A stretch of DNA of 64,000 nt, from positions 49,179 to 113,178 of the forward strand of contig JABMQJ010000001.1 of NCBI GenBank assembly GCA_013203315.1, written 5' to 3'. Shown in pieces: positions 16,819-25,949 of this stretch. Position numbers and translations under genes: made by a program. This DNA is from Candidatus Omnitrophota bacterium. Its GTDB lineage: Bacteria > Omnitrophota > Gorgyraeia > JABMRN01 > RBG-13-46-9. Within the stretch, counting starts at the first letter, position 1, and each line of letters begins with the position of its first letter. Under the pieces are notes generated by a model, which was not told the DNA's origin, ran no database searches, and saw nothing but the letters and a program-made list of their open reading frames with translations.

Positions 16819-17058
16819 TTACTCTACTATGTCTCCCAGGAGCGACTCAACCTTTATGCCTTGCCCGGTAAGATACTTGATGCCTTTTTCGAGATTTTCC
16901 TTCGTGCCCTCCAATTCGAGCGTTACCTCACCTACTGTTTCGGTTACCTTTGCCCTCCTGATGTTGGGAATTACATCGTATTTTTTGGCCATTGTAAAAA
17001 TAGCAGGCTCTTTAATGAGTTTCTGCGGGAATATTAAATGCACCATTTTCTTTGGCAT
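16819..17058 (-). CDS. Stand-alone NIL-domain protein
   Basis: EPAI....KYDVIPNIRRA..GEVTLELEG pattern. Confidence 0.8.
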   Translation of the reverse strand: MPKKMVHLIFPQKLIKEPAIFTMAKKYDVIPNIRRAKVTETVGEVTLELEGTKENLEKGIKYLTGQGIKVESLLGDIVE

Positions 17059-17060
17059 AA

Positions 17061-17876
17061 TTACTCCTCCTTTTTCTTTTTTATACTGCAGAACTGTTCA
17101 TAATCTATTAGCTTAGTTACCGTAGGTTTTTCGCCGCAAATCGGGCACTTTGGGTCTTTTGGGACCTTTACCTGGCGAAAGCTGGAGTCCAGCGCATTAA
17201 ACACAAGGAGTTTTCCGGCTAAAAGATCACCTATGTTTAAAATGTATTTAAGGACCTCGTTTGCCTGGATTACACCGATTGCACCTGCAACTGCGCCGAG
17301 GATCCCTGCTTCCTGACAGCTTGGCACAAACCCCGGAGGCGGCGGTTCGGGAAATAGGCATCTGTAGCATGCGCTTTTGCCCGGTAAAATTGTTATCGCC
17401 TGGCCGTCAAACCTGAATATTCCTCCGTGGGAGAGTGGTTTCTTTTCCAGAACGCATGCATCGTTTACCAAATATCGCGTAGGAAAATTGTCCGATCCGT
17501 CTACAACGATGTCGTATTCTTTTATAACATCGGTTATATTCTTTGACGTGAGACGCATGTTTAACGCTTTTACTTTGACATCCGGATTTATGGCGTTTAA
17601 TCTTTGTTTGGCAGATTCAACTTTTGCGACACCTACGGTATTCGTATCGTGCACAATTTGTCTCTGCAAATTGTTGAGCTCTACTTTATCCGAATCTACG
17701 ATACCGATCGTGCCGATACCGGCTGAGGCCAGATATAAAGCGCATGGCGAGCCTAAGCCACCTGCGCCTATTATGAGAACTTTGCCTCCGAGAAGTTTTT
17801 CCTGGCCCTTTCCGCCGACTCTAGGCAATATAATTTGCCTTGAATAACGTTCTATCTGATCTTCTTTTAGGCTCAT
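17061..17876 (-). CDS. moeB: MoeB/ThiF/HcyF-type sulfur-carrier adenylyltransferase (no rhodanese domain)
   Basis: RYSRQ, GAGGLG, NNLQRQ, CYRC, SCQEAG, CPIC. Confidence 0.9.
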   Translation of the reverse strand: MSLKEDQIERYSRQIILPRVGGKGQEKLLGGKVLIIGAGGLGSPCALYLASAGIGTIGIVDSDKVELNNLQRQIVHDTNTVGVAKVESAKQRLNAINPDVKVKALNMRLTSKNITDVIKEYDIVVDGSDNFPTRYLVNDACVLEKKPLSHGGIFRFDGQAITILPGKSACYRCLFPEPPPPGFVPSCQEAGILGAVAGAIGVIQANEVLKYILNIGDLLAGKLLVFNALDSSFRQVKVPKDPKCPICGEKPTVTKLIDYEQFCSIKKKKEE

Positions 17877-18154
17877 CGACTTCCACCTGCTATTGCCGGA
17901 ATTATCGAAACTTCGTCCCCGTCTTTTAAGGGTGTGGCGTCCTGTTTTAAGAAACGCACATCCTCCTCATTTACGTAGATATTTATAAATCTGCGAACCT
18001 TACCTTGGTCGTCACAGATCCTCTCTTTTATCCCGGGAAAATCTTTTTCCAGGTTCTCGATTAACTCCCCTACATTTTTACCGTTTACCTCTACTTCGGC
18101 CCTGTTGCCGGTAAGTTTTTGTAACGGTGTCGGAACTCTTACTTTTACTGCCAT
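17873..18154 (-). CDS. MoaD/CysO-type ubiquitin-like sulfur carrier ending GG-SR
   Basis: Start moved to ATG 18154 ([11 protein letters not shown]); [20 protein letters not shown]. Confidence 0.9.
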   Translation of the reverse strand: MAVKVRVPTPLQKLTGNRAEVEVNGKNVGELIENLEKDFPGIKERICDDQGKVRRFINIYVNEEDVRFLKQDATPLKDGDEVSIIPAIAGGSR

Positions 18155-18155
18155 C

Positions 18156-19394
18156 TTAAACCCCCAGTCGTTTATTTTTAGCTTTTTCAAACGCTTCCAA
18201 ACTCGGTTTTATCTTGAGCGGTTTTCCTATTTTTTCCGCAACAGCTTCCTGAGTTTTTAAACCATTGCCTGTTATACACACGACAATTGATTCATTCTTC
18301 GGAATTTTTCCCTGTTCTATCAGTTTCTTTGTAACGCCAAGCGTTACGCCTCCTGCGGTTTCGGTAAATACGCCTTCGGTCTTGGCCAAAAGCTTAATCG
18401 CTTCTACTATTTCCTCGTCCGATACGTCTTCCGCAAAACCACCCGATTCCTTTACAGTTCCGACAGCATATATGCCGTCAGCAGGATTCCCGATGGCTAA
18501 AGACTTCGCAATGGTATTTGGCTTAATAGGCTTTATGATATCCGAACCTTCTTTTATCGCGGTAACTATCGGCGCGCATCCTGTGGCCTGGGCAGCATAA
18601 ATTTTTGTGTCGACTTTATCAATCAGCCCCAGTTTCTTAAATTCGTGCAAGCCCTTCCATATTTTCGTGATAAGTGAGCCGCCCGCGCAAGGAACTACGA
18701 TGTGCTTGGGCGCTTTCCATCCCAGCTGTTCGGCAATTTCATATCCGTATGTTTTCGACCCTTCGGCGTAATACGGCCTTATGTTTATGTTAACAAAGGC
18801 CCATTTATATTTTGCTGCGACTTCCGAACAAAGCCTGTTAACCTGGTCATAATTCCCTTCGACAGCCACCAAATTTGGATCATATATAAGTGTCCCTATA
18901 ACCTTTCCTTTTTCAAGGTCAGCGGGTATAAATATATATCTTTCCAGGTTAGCTATGGCGGACTGCGCTGCTACTGAATTCGCAAGATTACCCGTCGAAG
19001 CGCATGCAACAGTTTTGAAACCGAATTCCTTCGCCTTTGATAGCGCTACCGCGACCACTCTATCTTTGAAGGAAAGTGTCGGGTGGTTTACAGAGTCGTC
19101 TTTTATGTAGAGTTCTTTCACGCCCAGCACCTTTTCAAGATTCCTGGCTCTTATTAAAGGTGTGTATCCTGAATTTAGACCGTCTGTAGGGTCTTTGTCT
19201 ATGGGCATAAGTTCTCTATAACGCCATAGGTTCTTGGGTCTTGACTCTATTTCCTTCCTGGTCAATATCTTCTTTATCCATTCGTAATCATAGTCCACCT
19301 CTAGCGGCCCGAAACAGTATTCGCATACATATATGGGGTCCTTCGGATAAGCCCTGCCGCATTCCCTGCACTTTAATCCTTTTACATAACTCAT
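18156..19394 (-). CDS. Threonine synthase-like PLP enzyme (possibly O-phosphohomoserine sulfhydrylase)
   Basis: Zn ribbon [29 protein letters not shown]; start ATG 19394. Confidence 0.85.
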   Translation of the reverse strand: MSYVKGLKCRECGRAYPKDPIYVCEYCFGPLEVDYDYEWIKKILTRKEIESRPKNLWRYRELMPIDKDPTDGLNSGYTPLIRARNLEKVLGVKELYIKDDSVNHPTLSFKDRVVAVALSKAKEFGFKTVACASTGNLANSVAAQSAIANLERYIFIPADLEKGKVIGTLIYDPNLVAVEGNYDQVNRLCSEVAAKYKWAFVNINIRPYYAEGSKTYGYEIAEQLGWKAPKHIVVPCAGGSLITKIWKGLHEFKKLGLIDKVDTKIYAAQATGCAPIVTAIKEGSDIIKPIKPNTIAKSLAIGNPADGIYAVGTVKESGGFAEDVSDEEIVEAIKLLAKTEGVFTETAGGVTLGVTKKLIEQGKIPKNESIVVCITGNGLKTQEAVAEKIGKPLKIKPSLEAFEKAKNKRLGV

Positions 19395-19398
19395 TTTG

Positions 19399-19638
19399 TC
19401 ACCTCGATTTCCTGACAATAAGATTCCAATACCCGTTTTTTTCTTCAACTTTTAAAATTTCGTGCCCTTCTTCCTTAGTGCTGGCCGTAACGTTCTTAAT
19501 CGGCTCACCGTCGTCAAGGAGAACCTCCAGTATCTTGCCCGCTTGCATCGATTCAAGTTTTAATTTCGTTTTTACAAAATTCATCGGGCAAGGAACGCCC
19601 TTTAAGTCTAATATCTGATCTATTTTTATATCACTCAT
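19399..19638 (-). CDS. tusA: TusA/SirA family sulfurtransferase
   Basis: LDLKGVPCPMNFVKTK motif. Confidence 0.85.
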   Translation of the reverse strand: MSDIKIDQILDLKGVPCPMNFVKTKLKLESMQAGKILEVLLDDGEPIKNVTASTKEEGHEILKVEEKNGYWNLIVRKSR

Positions 19639-20525
19639 AAAATCTTGTCCTTTGCTTTCTTAAGCCCTGTCCTGTCCAGCGCTTCTCCAAATCGCTCACC
19701 CTTGTTTGCTATTTCTTTATAGTACTCGACTGATTTTTCTATGATTTTGGGGATCTTTTTTTCCTCTACAAACTCTGCTATTTCAGTTCCGAATCGAGGA
19801 AAACGTCCCACCTTACCGCCTATGTAAACCTTAAAACCGACTTTCTTTGTTTTCCAGGCGCTTACCGGGCATACCCTCACACAATCCCCTTCGAAGTAAC
19901 AATTTTCTTTTCTGTACACGGGTTTTTTGTCTTTATCCATTACAATAGCCGGTTGCCCTTTTCCCCTTGCGCAGACTTTTTCACAAACCTTTGCGCAAAG
20001 CGTACAGTGTATGCACGCATCAAGATCTACTTCGGGTTCGCCCTGCGCCTGGAATCCCAAATCGTTCTCCTGCGGCTTGGCGCAAGAATTCATGCAGCCT
20101 GTAATTGCTACTTTGAATTTTTTGGGAACCTCTTTGCCAAACGCGACTTTATCAAGTTTCATAGCCAACTTTTCAGCATCAACAAAACCAAATCTACATA
20201 CGCTCGACCCCGGACAGGCAATGAGGTTTCTGGATCTCGGGCCGCATGCGCCTTTTAATATTCCGAACTTCTTCATATCTTTGAGTAAACTATTTATATT
20301 TTTTATGTGTATCCACGGAATTTCTATCCCCTGCCGGGTCGAGACGTGGACATAATCTTTGCCGTATTTTTTGGCAAGTATGGCGTATTTTTTTAGTTTT
20401 TCCGCTTTTAAATGCCCGCCGGGAATTCTTGTACGCAGGATAAAATAATCCTTTTGTATTTGTTTCAAGACCCCGCCGGTTCTCAGATCCAAAAGTTCTG
20501 TTTCATTGTATTTTTTTAATGCCAT
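19635..20525 (-). CDS. Small siroheme-[4Fe-4S] sulfite reductase with ferredoxin insert
   Basis: STRQG, CPGSSVC (Cx5C), GCMNSC (Cx3C), CIHCTLC..C, GGKVGR. Confidence 0.85.
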   Translation of the reverse strand: MALKKYNETELLDLRTGGVLKQIQKDYFILRTRIPGGHLKAEKLKKYAILAKKYGKDYVHVSTRQGIEIPWIHIKNINSLLKDMKKFGILKGACGPRSRNLIACPGSSVCRFGFVDAEKLAMKLDKVAFGKEVPKKFKVAITGCMNSCAKPQENDLGFQAQGEPEVDLDACIHCTLCAKVCEKVCARGKGQPAIVMDKDKKPVYRKENCYFEGDCVRVCPVSAWKTKKVGFKVYIGGKVGRFPRFGTEIAEFVEEKKIPKIIEKSVEYYKEIANKGERFGEALDRTGLKKAKDKIL

Positions 20526-20537
20526 CTCTTTGTCTCC

Positions 20538-21680
20538 TTAGGCCCCAAAATACCTTTCCATCGAAAAGTATCTCTCACCCGTATCGGGTAAAATTGTAAC
20601 TACAAGTTTATCTTTTCCCAACTTTTTAGCGACCTCAAGCGCCGCCCAGACTGCCGCACCTGCGGATATCCCCACAAACAATCCTTCGAGTGTGGCAAGC
20701 TTTCTTGAGGTTGTAAAAGCATCGTCGTCATTTACCTGTATTATTTCATCAATCACTTTTTTATTAAGGACATCCGGAATAAATCCGGCGCCGATACCCT
20801 GTATTTTATGTGGACCGGGCTTCCCGCCGGATAATACTGGGCTCGCCTTTGGTTCAACAGCAATAATTTTAACTTCCGGATATTCTTTTTTTAATGCTTC
20901 TCCTACACCTGTTATGGTCCCGCCCGTCCCAACGCCGGAAACAAAGGCGTCTATCTTTTTATCAACTGCCTCAAGTATTTCTTGAGCGGTTGTATCTCTA
21001 TGAGCCTGCGGGTTTGCCTTATTTTTAAACTGCTGAGGCATAAAGCTATTCGGTGTTTTCTTAAGAAGCTGTTCGGCTTTTTTTATGGAGCCCTGCATCC
21101 CCTCTGCGCCCGGGGTAAGAACTACTTGTGCGCCAAAAGACTTAAGTATGTAAATTCTTTCGAGACTCATGGTTTCAGGCATTGTAAGAATGCATTTATA
21201 ACCCTTTACAGCAGATACCATGGCAAGGCCAATTCCGGTATTCCCGCTTGTCGGTTCAATTATGGTTGCACCTTTTTTCAGGAGGCCCTTACGCTCGGCG
21301 TCTTCTACCATCGAAAGGCATATCCTGTCTTTAACACTGCCGCCGGGATTATAAAATTCAAGTTTTCCAAAAATATCCGCCATGCCGGGCTCGACAATAT
21401 TATTCAGCTTGACCATGGGGGTGTTGCCTATCAATTCTAATATATTGCGCGCCGCTTTTCGGCCGCCTTTTTCACAGCCGCCGCCCATGAAATATACAAA
21501 TTCCAGCTTGTCATTGGTTTTAAGCGAGGTGTCGCTGTATTTACCTCTCTCTATAATCTTCTCGTTTAATTCGACCGTAACGACTTCCGGCTTTATATTC
21601 TTGTCCGCCAGGAGCTCGGCAACGCTCATGTCATCGCCGATTTCTTCCTTTTTGCCATTTAAATAGATTGTCGTCATCAT
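20538..21680 (-). CDS. cysK: ThiS/HcyS-like sulfur carrier fused to cysteine synthase A
   Basis: aa 1-68 ThiS fold ending EFVYFMGGG, then in-frame CysK with SVKDR, EPTSGNTG, GVGTGGT, HKIQGIG. Confidence 0.9.
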   Translation of the reverse strand: MMTTIYLNGKKEEIGDDMSVAELLADKNIKPEVVTVELNEKIIERGKYSDTSLKTNDKLEFVYFMGGGCEKGGRKAARNILELIGNTPMVKLNNIVEPGMADIFGKLEFYNPGGSVKDRICLSMVEDAERKGLLKKGATIIEPTSGNTGIGLAMVSAVKGYKCILTMPETMSLERIYILKSFGAQVVLTPGAEGMQGSIKKAEQLLKKTPNSFMPQQFKNKANPQAHRDTTAQEILEAVDKKIDAFVSGVGTGGTITGVGEALKKEYPEVKIIAVEPKASPVLSGGKPGPHKIQGIGAGFIPDVLNKKVIDEIIQVNDDDAFTTSRKLATLEGLFVGISAGAAVWAALEVAKKLGKDKLVVTILPDTGERYFSMERYFGA

Positions 21681-21692
21681 CCCGATACCTCC

Positions 21693-22976
21693 TTATTTTT
21701 TTAAAACCTCACTGATTACTTCCAAAGTTTTCTCTATGTCCCCCTTGCTGTGCGCAAGGGATAAGAAATTCGCTTCAAATCCGGACGGAGAAAAATATAT
21801 ACCTTGTTTCAATAAGCCGTGAAAAAATCTTTTAAATGAATCCGTATCTTGTTTTTTCGCGGTCCTGTAGTCTACGACAGCCTCATTTGTAAAAAATACG
21901 CTAAACATTGAACCGACGCGGTTTACTCTAAGGGCTATTTTGTCCGCAGCGGCTATTTTTTCTATTCCCTCACATAATTCTTCGGTTTTGTTTTTCAGTT
22001 CTGCGTAAGGATTTTTTTCTTTCAATATATTTAAAGTTGTGATGCCAGCTTTTACGGCTATGGGGTTACCTGATAATGTCCCCGCCTGGTAAACACCACC
22101 CTGGGGCGCCAGAAGCGATATAACATCTTTCCTGCCGCCAAAAGCGCCTACCGGCAGTCCGCCTCCTATGATCTTTCCGAGGCAGGTTATATCCGGTATT
22201 ATACCAAAAAGTGCCTGTGCGCCACCATATAAATACCGAAATCCGGTAATAACCTCATCAAATATTAAAAGTGCACCATGTTGATCAGCTATTTTTCTTA
22301 ACCCTTTAAGGAAACCCGCCTCCGGAGGAATGACGCCACAATTTCCGGCTACAGGTTCAACAATTATGGCGGCCAAATCTTCTTTGTACTTTTCGGCTAT
22401 TTTTTCCGTTTCCTCGATATCATTGTAAGGCGCTACAATCGTGTGCTTGGTAAAGTCTTTCGGCACTCCTAGACTATCGGGCATGCTAAGCGTAGCAGCA
22501 CCGGATCCTGATTTTACCAAAAGATAGTCCGCGTGGCCGTGATATGCGCCTTCGAATTTTATAATTTTGTTTCTTTTGGTATAGCCCCTTGCAAGTCTTA
22601 TAGCACTCATTACCGCTTCTGTGCCGGAGCTGGTAAGCCTCACCTGTTCGACCGAAGGGATCGCTTCAACAATAAGTCGCGCCAACTCTGTCTCTTTTGT
22701 AGTGGCCGCACCGAAGCTCGTCCCATCTTTTACGGCTTTTTCAAGCGCCTTTGTTACTTCCGGATACGCGTGGCCGAGTATCATAGTGCCCCATGAAAGG
22801 CAATAGTCGATGAATTCGCCGCCGCACTCACCGTAAAGCTTTGAGCCGCTGCCGCGCTTTACGAACACGGGATAGCCGCCGACAGCCTTGAAAGATCTTA
22901 CGGGGCTATTTACGCCACCCGGGATGAATCTCTTGGCATCATTTAATAAATCTTTCGCGATTCCTACCCCAGCCAT
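21693..22976 (-). CDS. hemL: Glutamate-1-semialdehyde 2,1-aminomutase
   Basis: IPGGVNSPVR, DEVITGFR, LGKIIGGG, AGTLSGNP. Confidence 0.95.
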   Translation of the reverse strand: MAGVGIAKDLLNDAKRFIPGGVNSPVRSFKAVGGYPVFVKRGSGSKLYGECGGEFIDYCLSWGTMILGHAYPEVTKALEKAVKDGTSFGAATTKETELARLIVEAIPSVEQVRLTSSGTEAVMSAIRLARGYTKRNKIIKFEGAYHGHADYLLVKSGSGAATLSMPDSLGVPKDFTKHTIVAPYNDIEETEKIAEKYKEDLAAIIVEPVAGNCGVIPPEAGFLKGLRKIADQHGALLIFDEVITGFRYLYGGAQALFGIIPDITCLGKIIGGGLPVGAFGGRKDVISLLAPQGGVYQAGTLSGNPIAVKAGITTLNILKEKNPYAELKNKTEELCEGIEKIAAADKIALRVNRVGSMFSVFFTNEAVVDYRTAKKQDTDSFKRFFHGLLKQGIYFSPSGFEANFLSLAHSKGDIEKTLEVISEVLKK

Positions 22977-23887
22977 TTTATAACCTCTTTTCCGAAATAA
23001 GTTATTATACGATCCGCACCTGCTCTTTTCATAGAAGTTAGCGCCTCCAGCACAAGTTCTTTTTCCTTGGCACTGTCTCCATCGGCAAGTTTTTTAATCA
23101 TGGTATATTCTCCGCTTACGCTGAAAGCGGCTATTGGTGTCTTAAATTTTTTCTTTGCTTTGTAAAGGATGTCCAGGTACGCAAGTGCGGGTTTAACCAT
23201 GACGAGATCCGCACCTTCTTTAATATCCTCTTCTATTTTCGCTAAACCCCGATCGGTGTTTCTGGGGTCCAGTTGATAACTCGTTCTATCCCCAAACTTG
23301 GGCGACGAATTAAGCGCCTCTCTAAACGGCCCATAGAAATTAGACGCGTACTTGGCTGAATAAGCCAGTATCTTTGTGGATTTGAAGCCTTCGCAGTCTA
23401 AGGCGTGTCTTATCACCGCGACTTGGCCGTCCATCACAGCAGAAGGCGCAACAAAATCCGCCCCTGCCCTAGCGTGTGAGACGGCAATTTTAGCCAGCGT
23501 CTCCAATGTAGCTTTTTTATCTACGGCCAGCTTCGCTTTTTGCTTTCCTTTTTTTAATATCCTGCAATGCCCGTGAGAGGTATAAGCGCAAAGGCAAACA
23601 TCCGTAACAACTTTTAAGTTTTTGAATTCTTTCTTTATTGCCCTTATGGCTTTCTGGATGAGGCCGAATTCATGATAAGCGGCAGAAGCTGTATCGTTTT
23701 TTGTTTTGGACACGCCAAAAAGAAGCACCTCTTCGATGCCCCGGGCCGATCTTATGTCCTTGATCAAGTTATCGACAGAAAAGTGATAAATACCGGGCAT
23801 CGAACGGATAGGCCGCTTCACATCCTTACCACCAACAACAAAATAAGGAGTAATTATGTCTTTTTTCTTTAGTTTAAAAGTCCGCAT
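22964..23887 (-). CDS. hemB: Porphobilinogen synthase (Zn-type, divergent)
   Basis: DVCLCAYTSHGHC, YSAKY, MVKP; likely start ATG 23887. Confidence 0.9.
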   Translation of the reverse strand: MRTFKLKKKDIITPYFVVGGKDVKRPIRSMPGIYHFSVDNLIKDIRSARGIEEVLLFGVSKTKNDTASAAYHEFGLIQKAIRAIKKEFKNLKVVTDVCLCAYTSHGHCRILKKGKQKAKLAVDKKATLETLAKIAVSHARAGADFVAPSAVMDGQVAVIRHALDCEGFKSTKILAYSAKYASNFYGPFREALNSSPKFGDRTSYQLDPRNTDRGLAKIEEDIKEGADLVMVKPALAYLDILYKAKKKFKTPIAAFSVSGEYTMIKKLADGDSAKEKELVLEALTSMKRAGADRIITYFGKEVIKWLG

Positions 23888-25272
23888 CGTTTCGCCTCTT
23901 TTAGTGTCACGCGACCTATGCATCTAATCTTTACGGCCTTGGGCACTTTCTTATATCTTTTTTTGAAACTTCTCACCGTTGACGGGCTCGTAAACATTAT
24001 CTCGTCGAAATTCGTAATATCAAGATCCGGAAGATTATCCGGTATTGTATTTTTGTAAGCTACGCATGGAAAAATCGTGGCGCCTTCTTTTTTTAATCCC
24101 TCGGTCAGGCCCTTGTCAGCAATATCCGAACGCGGTAACAAAATATTCTTTTTGATAAGATTTATTTTTTTCAGTTCCGCAAGCAACCCCTTCGAAGATT
24201 CGTCCTTCGGGACAAGATCCGGAAATACGCCGAACTCTTTTAATTTTTCGGCAGTAGAGTTTCCGATAGCGGCAACCTTGATACCCCCCATTTTACGGGT
24301 GTCGAGCCTGAGTTTAAACAGCCGCTCGAAGAAGTAGAGCGCGGCGTAACGGCTCGTAAAGACAATCCAATCAAAAGCTTTAAGTTTTCTTATAAGCTCG
24401 TCAAGCTTTGTATAATCTTTTAGAGGTTTTATTTCAATAAGCGGAAGATGAAAAATTAAACCCTTCTCATAAGGCCTGTGATTTGAGAGTCCCGTGAAAA
24501 GAATTTTCCTGGATTTTTTAAACCAGCCAAATTCTTTTTCTTTCCTCACCACTTCGCCGATTATAATAATTGCGGGCGCTTTTATATTTTCTTTTTTGAC
24601 AATAGCGCCTATATACTTTAATCTGCCGGTTACTGTCCTTTGGTTTATTTTCGAAACGTTGGAAATAACGGCAACGCTTGTGTTTTTGTTTTTGCCTTTT
24701 GAGATAAGCGTATCCGCGATCCGGGAAATGCTTCCTACTGCCATGTATAAAACAATCGTTCCACCTTTTGCAAGCTCATCCCAATTGATAGAGCTTTTTT
24801 TCTTTTTAGGGTCCTCATGCCCGGTAACAAATGCAACGCTTGAAGCGAAACCCTTTGACGTAAGCGGAATACCACTATAACAGGCTGCCGCTTGAGCTGC
24901 GGTAACTCCGGGAATCACGGAAAACTCTATTCCTTTCTTGATTAAACCCCTGATTTCTTCAGTGGCCCTGCCAAAGACAAAAGGATCTCCGTTTTTTAGC
25001 CTCATTACATTTTTACCCTTTTGGGCCCTATCTACAAGCAGCTTGTTTATCAAATTCTGCCTTTTGGAAAATCCGTCGCTATGACGGACCCTGTCCAGTT
25101 TATCGGCGCATACGAGTTCTGAGGCGGGGTTTGCGTATTGCAAAACCCTCTTATCTACAAGCCGGTCGTATACAATAACATCGGCCTGCTTAAGAGCCTC
25201 TAGGCCCTTGACCGTGATCAAATCCGGCTCGCCGGGCCCTGCGCCTGCTAAAAAAACTTTACCCTTTTTCAT
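23869..25272 (-). CDS. cobA: Uroporphyrinogen-III C-methyltransferase / synthase fusion (CobA-HemD)
   Basis: GAGPG, RLKNGDPFVFGR, VTGHE; C-terminal VFTS, AAIG, FTSPSTV. Confidence 0.9.
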   Translation of the reverse strand: MKKGKVFLAGAGPGEPDLITVKGLEALKQADVIVYDRLVDKRVLQYANPASELVCADKLDRVRHSDGFSKRQNLINKLLVDRAQKGKNVMRLKNGDPFVFGRATEEIRGLIKKGIEFSVIPGVTAAQAAACYSGIPLTSKGFASSVAFVTGHEDPKKKKSSINWDELAKGGTIVLYMAVGSISRIADTLISKGKNKNTSVAVISNVSKINQRTVTGRLKYIGAIVKKENIKAPAIIIIGEVVRKEKEFGWFKKSRKILFTGLSNHRPYEKGLIFHLPLIEIKPLKDYTKLDELIRKLKAFDWIVFTSRYAALYFFERLFKLRLDTRKMGGIKVAAIGNSTAEKLKEFGVFPDLVPKDESSKGLLAELKKINLIKKNILLPRSDIADKGLTEGLKKEGATIFPCVAYKNTIPDNLPDLDITNFDEIMFTSPSTVRSFKKRYKKVPKAVKIRCIGRVTLKEAKRCGLLN

Positions 25273-25949
25273 ATTACAGCCGTTTCTCTTGAATCTATTT
25301 TTGAGAGAATTTCTATTAAGTCAGAATCCTCCGCCCTTGCGATAACTGCAAGACGCCCCTGCAAGGGGTGCGGCTCAAGTATATGTGGCGGTAAAATTTC
25401 GGTTATTCTTTCTTCTAATCCCAGACGAATCAAGCCTGCAGCGGCTATTACTATGGCATTTAAGCTTGTTGTTTCCAATATCTTAAGTCTTTCCTGGATA
25501 TTACCCCGGATATCTACAAGCTCAAAATCCGGCCTGAATTTCTTCAATGCCTCTTTACGGCGAATGCTGCTTGTCCCGATCCGCGCGCCAAATGGTAGAC
25601 TATCTAACTTTAATCCATCTCTTGAAACTAAAACATCGTACGGATCGATCGATTCCGTAAGCGCTGCTATGTGAAACCCCTCCGCTAAAACAAAAGGCAC
25701 GTCTTTTGCGCTATGCACGGCAAAATCAATTTCACCTAAAAGAAGCGCCTGATCTATCTCTTTTGTAAAGAAGTCCTCACCTTCTATATACGATATGGGT
25801 GTGAACTTATCTTTGTCGCCGCAGGTATCTATACCCACTATTTCGGCTTTAAGGGACGTTCCTGCGTCATTTAAAGCATTTAAAATTTCTTCTACCTGCT
25901 TTAACGCGAGAGGACTAGTTCTGGTTCCGATTTTGTAAGTTTTCGCCAT
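25269..25949 (-). CDS. hemC: Hydroxymethylbilane synthase, short form lacking domain 3
   Basis: IGTRTSPLA, FTKEI, AVHSAKD, GTSSIRR, IRGN; only 226 aa. Confidence 0.85.
   Translation of the reverse strand: MAKTYKIGTRTSPLALKQVEEILNALNDAGTSLKAEIVGIDTCGDKDKFTPISYIEGEDFFTKEIDQALLLGEIDFAVHSAKDVPFVLAEGFHIAALTESIDPYDVLVSRDGLKLDSLPFGARIGTSSIRRKEALKKFRPDFELVDIRGNIQERLKILETTSLNAIVIAAAGLIRLGLEERITEILPPHILEPHPLQGRLAVIARAEDSDLIEILSKIDSRETAVI

Noticed and set aside
19635-20525. Dissimilatory sulfite reductase DsrAB
   Set aside because: Single short subunit in an assimilatory context; no dsrB/C/MK, apr or qmo
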